The position numbers and the translations under genes were made by a program. A DNA stretch of 64,000 nt from Negaprion brevirostris (taxonomy: Eukaryota): contig JARDVH010000042.1 of NCBI GenBank assembly GCA_030324005.1, forward strand, positions 82,908,845-82,972,844, given 5' to 3'. Shown here piece after piece: positions 63,801 to 64,000 of this stretch (positions are counted from its first letter, which is position 1; each line of letters starts with the position of its first letter). The notes beneath the pieces are model-generated. The model was not told where the DNA came from and ran no database searches. It saw only the letters and a list, made by a program, of their open reading frames with translations.

Positions 63801-63843
63801 GCTGGAATACCTCGTTCATCCTTCTGCTGTCTCTGTCTTTGAG
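652..63843 (+). CDS. VLDLR-like: Multi-exon VLDLR-like receptor gene built from >=5 tandem ectodomain cassettes (7xLA, EGF-A, EGF-B, YWTD propeller, EGF-C); 5' and 3' ends outside window; about 8.8 kb spliced CDS in window
   Basis: 56 exons with AG/GT(GC) boundaries and compatible phases; no stops in readable exons; peptides closely match VLDLR as recalled (GKEPxLIFTNRxDIRKIGL, [15 protein letters not shown], [19 protein letters not shown], [15 protein letters not shown], SDFVCxNGQC, DWSDEP); exon lengths 172/119/140/142 recur as in LDLR/VLDLR genes. Confidence 0.88.
999..1145. repeat. Palindromic interspersed repeat (about 52-bp inverted arms) with short tail
   Basis: 999-1051 agtaagaagtctcaacaccagg...ggtagcaaa pairs with 1057-1109 tttgctacc...cctggtattgagacttcttgct; related copy at 31657-31770. 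Confidence 0.75.
1230..1420 (-). mobile_element. Degraded tRNA-derived (HE1-like) SINE
   Basis: reverse-complement similarity to copies at 7706 and 46300 (agcatggccaatgc...gcagcagtgcta); boundaries approximate. Confidence 0.5.
2751..2975 (+). CDS. M1 propeller exon 2
   Basis: ttgcag|...ACTGG|gtacta; 225 nt; [15 protein letters not shown]. Confidence 0.9.
3465..3583 (+). CDS. M1 propeller exon 3
   Basis: 119 nt; [20 protein letters not shown]...WPNGITL; donor gtaagt. Confidence 0.93.
3661..3800 (+). CDS. M1 propeller exon 4
   Basis: 140 nt; [28 protein letters not shown]. Confidence 0.93.
4466..4607 (+). CDS. M1 propeller exon 5
   Basis: 142 nt; [21 protein letters not shown]...QPS. Confidence 0.92.
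4705..4992 (-). mobile_element. HE1-like SINE
   Basis: catagaatccc tail, ggggcaatttagca, gggaggaaaccc, gcagtactaactactgtgcca head; boundaries approximate. Confidence 0.7.
5325..5471 (+). CDS. M1 EGF-C exon
   Basis: 147 nt; [20 protein letters not shown]...CVCPAG...C; phase-1 donor gtaaga. Confidence 0.92.
6666..6791 (+). CDS. M2 LA repeat a (VLDLR LA2-like)
   Basis: 126 nt; [38 protein letters not shown]; not shown on + strand in ORF track. Confidence 0.92.
7706..8005 (+). mobile_element. HE1-like tRNA-derived SINE
   Basis: ggcacggtagcacagtggtgagcactgctgc head with A/B-box-like motifs, gtccaaagatgtgc core, ttctatga repeated tail. Confidence 0.78.
9366..9485 (+). CDS. M2 LA repeat b (VLDLR LA3-like)
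   Basis: 120 nt; [37 protein letters not shown]. Confidence 0.92.
9888..10253 (+). CDS. M2 triple-LA exon (repeats c-e)
   Basis: 366 nt; three 6-Cys repeats each ending in an SDE motif. Confidence 0.93.
11250..13330 (-). mobile_element. Decayed CR1-type LINE fragments
   Basis: typical CR1 antisense motifs (ggtgaccagaattg, gtcaaaggctttactgaagtc, gagtaaatcctgtcc); no ORF left; boundaries approximate. Confidence 0.55.
14070..14330 (+). mobile_element. CR1-type LINE 3' end fragment
   Basis: gaggtctataa...aatgagctgccagagg...ggcatggacaagttggcc. Confidence 0.55.
14374..14499 (+). CDS. M2 LA repeat f
   Basis: 126 nt; [38 protein letters not shown]. Confidence 0.92.
14573..14689 (+). CDS. M2 LA repeat g
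   Basis: 117 nt; [38 protein letters not shown]. Confidence 0.92.
16311..16430 (+). CDS. M2 EGF-A exon
   Basis: 120 nt; [30 protein letters not shown]. Confidence 0.93.
17127..17255 (+). CDS. M2 EGF-B exon
   Basis: 129 nt (one extra Gly versus the other copies); [17 protein letters not shown]. Confidence 0.9.
17899..18070 (+). CDS. M2 propeller exon 1
   Basis: 172 nt; [23 protein letters not shown]...FWADL. Confidence 0.93.
18401..18625 (+). CDS. M2 propeller exon 2
   Basis: 225 nt; [22 protein letters not shown]. Confidence 0.92.
19775..19893 (+). CDS. M2 propeller exon 3
   Basis: 119 nt; [20 protein letters not shown]. Confidence 0.92.
19969..20108 (+). CDS. M2 propeller exon 4
   Basis: 140 nt; [19 protein letters not shown]. 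Confidence 0.92.
21236..21374 (+). CDS. M2 propeller exon 5 (mostly inside an N gap; end uncertain)
   Basis: tttcag|GATCATGTATTCTGG = DHVFW, as in the M4 paralogous exon, then N run 21252-21374. Confidence 0.75.
21726..21866 (+). CDS. M2 EGF-C exon
   Basis: 141 nt; [24 protein letters not shown]...; phase-1 donor gtaaat. Confidence 0.92.
22901..23035 (+). CDS. M3 LA repeat a (partly in N gap; donor reads CT not GT, so possibly a pseudo-exon)
   Basis: after gap: [15 protein letters not shown] followed by ctaaat where paralogs have gtaagt. Confidence 0.6.
23673..23795 (+). CDS. M3 LA repeat b
   Basis: 123 nt; [38 protein letters not shown]. Confidence 0.92.
24474..24845 (+). CDS. M3 triple-LA exon (repeats c-e)
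   Basis: 372 nt; [16 protein letters not shown]...[11 protein letters not shown]. Confidence 0.93.
25060..25322 (-). mobile_element. HE1-like SINE
   Basis: gggaggaaacccacacagacatgggaagaatgtgcaaactcc...gcagcagtgttaaccactg. Confidence 0.7.
25551..25673 (+). CDS. M3 LA repeat f
   Basis: 123 nt; [36 protein letters not shown]. Confidence 0.92.
25754..25870 (+). CDS. M3 LA repeat g
   Basis: 117 nt; [16 protein letters not shown]...[13 protein letters not shown]. Confidence 0.92.
26650..27250 (-). mobile_element. CR1-type LINE 3' end
   Basis: aagaacataagaaataggagcaggagtaggcc tail; minus-strand peptide [17 protein letters not shown]; sister copy at 45485-45730. Confidence 0.75.
27420..27652 (-). 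mobile_element. HE1-like SINE
   Basis: tgcaaactccaca...ggtccctggtgctgtgaaacagcaatgcta. Confidence 0.65.
28184..28303 (+). CDS. M3 EGF-A exon
   Basis: 120 nt; [30 protein letters not shown]. Confidence 0.92.
28372..28497 (+). CDS. M3 EGF-B exon
   Basis: 126 nt; [26 protein letters not shown]. Confidence 0.92.
28745..29185 (+). mobile_element. CR1-type LINE ORF2 C-terminus plus 3' tail (relatively young, CpGs retained)
   Basis: [40 protein letters not shown]...[15 protein letters not shown]; tail ttctatgttcta. Confidence 0.85.
29253..29424 (+). CDS. M3 propeller exon 1
   Basis: 172 nt; [23 protein letters not shown]. Confidence 0.93.
29719..29943 (+). CDS. M3 propeller exon 2
   Basis: 225 nt; [22 protein letters not shown]. 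Confidence 0.92.
30409..30527 (+). CDS. M3 propeller exon 3
   Basis: 119 nt; [20 protein letters not shown]. Confidence 0.92.
30606..30745 (+). CDS. M3 propeller exon 4
   Basis: 140 nt; [19 protein letters not shown]. Confidence 0.92.
31285..31426 (+). CDS. M3 propeller exon 5 (GC donor)
   Basis: 142 nt; [21 protein letters not shown]; ends TCAG|gcaagc. Confidence 0.88.
31657..31770. repeat. Second, internally deleted copy of the palindromic repeat
   Basis: caacaccaggttaaagtccaaca...aacctggtgttgagacttcttactgtg. Confidence 0.65.
32196..32342 (+). CDS. M3 EGF-C exon
   Basis: 147 nt; [24 protein letters not shown]...CLCPSG...C. Confidence 0.92.
32528..32656. repeat. Short repeat with terminal inverted arms (possibly Penelope- or MITE-derived)
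   Basis: gaaaatgctggaaaatctcagcagg ... tctgctgaaatttcccagcattttc; related remnants near 24270-24390 and 41690-41790. Confidence 0.55.
33178..33300 (+). CDS. M4 LA repeat a
   Basis: 123 nt; [38 protein letters not shown]. Confidence 0.93.
33689..33811 (+). CDS. M4 LA repeat b
   Basis: 123 nt; [38 protein letters not shown]. Confidence 0.92.
34814..35900 (-). mobile_element. Decayed non-LTR retrotransposon (CR1/L2-like) fragment
   Basis: antisense motifs cttgtatggcatgaatgttgcttgccac, gggtagatgccagtgttg, tgttgtagcttcaccaggttgac; family uncertain. Confidence 0.45.
37590..37955 (+). CDS. M4 triple-LA exon (repeats c-e)
   Basis: 366 nt; [14 protein letters not shown]...[11 protein letters not shown]. 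Confidence 0.93.
38952..39074 (+). CDS. M4 LA repeat f
   Basis: 123 nt; [36 protein letters not shown]. Confidence 0.92.
39154..39273 (+). CDS. M4 LA repeat g
   Basis: 120 nt; [39 protein letters not shown]. Confidence 0.92.
40410..40526 (+). CDS. M4 EGF-A exon
   Basis: 117 nt; [30 protein letters not shown]. Confidence 0.92.
40610..40735 (+). CDS. M4 EGF-B exon (GC donor)
   Basis: 126 nt; [17 protein letters not shown]; ends GTAG|gcaagt. Confidence 0.9.
43183..43354 (+). CDS. M4 propeller exon 1
   Basis: 172 nt; [23 protein letters not shown]...FWADL. Confidence 0.92.
43862..44077 (+). CDS. M4 propeller exon 2
   Basis: 216 nt; [22 protein letters not shown]. Confidence 0.9.
45485..45730 (-). 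mobile_element. CR1-type LINE 3' end
   Basis: same sequence as the 26650 copy (ccattcaataagatcatgg, gaggctgtgccccctagtcctac). Confidence 0.7.
46300..46550 (+). mobile_element. HE1-like SINE
   Basis: gttagcactgctaccttacagcaccagg...ggtttgattcctggc...tggagtttgtacat. Confidence 0.7.
46747..46865 (+). CDS. M4 propeller exon 3
   Basis: 119 nt; [20 protein letters not shown]. Confidence 0.92.
46948..47087 (+). CDS. M4 propeller exon 4
   Basis: 140 nt; [19 protein letters not shown]...LAHPFG. Confidence 0.92.
48142..48283 (+). CDS. M4 propeller exon 5
   Basis: 142 nt; [21 protein letters not shown]...HELVQPS. Confidence 0.92.
49381..49530 (+). CDS. M4 EGF-C exon
   Basis: 150 nt; [37 protein letters not shown]. 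Confidence 0.93.
51859..51981 (+). CDS. M5 LA repeat a
   Basis: 123 nt; [38 protein letters not shown]. Confidence 0.92.
52868..52990 (+). CDS. M5 LA repeat b
   Basis: 123 nt; [38 protein letters not shown]. Confidence 0.92.
53370..56430 (+). mobile_element. Decayed Ty3/Gypsy LTR retrotransposon internal region (gag-pol remnants)
   Basis: [12 protein letters not shown] gag-like start (~53373), [12 protein letters not shown] motif (~54865), [22 protein letters not shown] RNase H (~55310), AYEYLLEY..IANAD linker, CALCQ...HGVAWQ/WEWPGR-like integrase start (~56350); frameshifted. Confidence 0.78.
55527..55874. mobile_element. hAT-like non-autonomous insertion nested in the Gypsy remnant
   Basis: 8-bp direct repeat ttctagag at 55519-55526 and 55875-55882; left end cagtagttcccaac; right end degenerate. 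Confidence 0.6.
56720..57106 (+). CDS. M5 triple-LA exon (repeats c-e), contains a 10-N gap
   Basis: [14 protein letters not shown]...[11 protein letters not shown]; donor gtaagt. Confidence 0.92.
58693..58815 (+). CDS. M5 LA repeat f
   Basis: 123 nt; [36 protein letters not shown]. Confidence 0.92.
58900..59022 (+). CDS. M5 LA repeat g
   Basis: 123 nt; [39 protein letters not shown]. Confidence 0.92.
60185..60470 (+). mobile_element. HE1-like SINE
   Basis: cagcaccagggacctgggttcaattcc...cccacagtccaaagatgtgcaggttag...gattctatga. Confidence 0.72.
60512..60628 (+). CDS. M5 EGF-A exon (GC donor)
   Basis: 117 nt; [26 protein letters not shown]; ends GAAG|gcaagt. Confidence 0.9.
60706..60831 (+). 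CDS. M5 EGF-B exon
   Basis: 126 nt; [26 protein letters not shown]. Confidence 0.92.
62440..62611 (+). CDS. M5 propeller exon 1
   Basis: 172 nt; [23 protein letters not shown]. Confidence 0.93.
62818..63036 (+). CDS. M5 propeller exon 2
   Basis: 219 nt; [21 protein letters not shown]. Confidence 0.92.
63506..63624 (+). CDS. M5 propeller exon 3
   Basis: 119 nt; [20 protein letters not shown]. Confidence 0.92.
63704..63843 (+). CDS. M5 propeller exon 4 (last exon visible)
   Basis: 140 nt; [19 protein letters not shown]. Confidence 0.92.
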
Positions 63844-64000
63844 GTAATGTGTTTCACCTTCCTATGTTTAAGTGTTAAAGTCTTGGAATTCTTGGTCACT
63901 GACTCGTATTTTATACCATTTATAGTGCAAAAACATAGTTTTTAGACATTGGCCACATTTTAAAAGAAATCCCCCATTACGTGGCCCTACCAGCAAAGAC

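Noticed and set aside
652-63843. Identification as LRP1, LRP1B or LRP2/megalin
   Set aside because: Those have unequal LA clusters separated by several propellers; here every unit is 7 LA + 2 EGF + 1 propeller + 1 EGF with VLDLR-type sequence and exon sizes
652-63843. Cassettes as assembly duplication or haplotype artefact
   Set aside because: Copies differ substantially in amino acids and have unrelated introns and different TE insertions

Overview
Vertebrate genomic DNA, most likely a shark (inferred from HE1-like tRNA-derived SINEs and CR1 LINE tails), from a gapped scaffold. The whole window is the interior of one + strand locus; I read 56 coding exons from splice signals and translation. 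They form at least five tandem, diverged copies (M1 partial, M2-M4 complete, M5 partial) of a 13-exon cassette. Each cassette encodes 7 LDLR class A (LA) repeats, EGF-A, EGF-B, a YWTD beta-propeller and EGF-C, and corresponds to the VLDLR ectodomain minus its first LA repeat. Each EGF-C exon is phase-1 compatible with the next cassette's first LA exon, and no convincing signal-peptide, O-linked-sugar, transmembrane or NPxY exon lies between cassettes. The locus therefore appears to encode a giant concatenated VLDLR-ectodomain receptor: about 2,900 aa, 28 LA repeats and 5 propellers within the window, with neither end visible. Other notable points are two propeller sub-types, substitutions at LDLR acid-release residues, a lost splice donor in M3, three GC-AG introns, extreme CpG depletion with one CpG-retaining patch, and a decayed Gypsy element carrying a nested hAT-like insertion. 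All coordinates were read by eye; no alignments or database searches were run.
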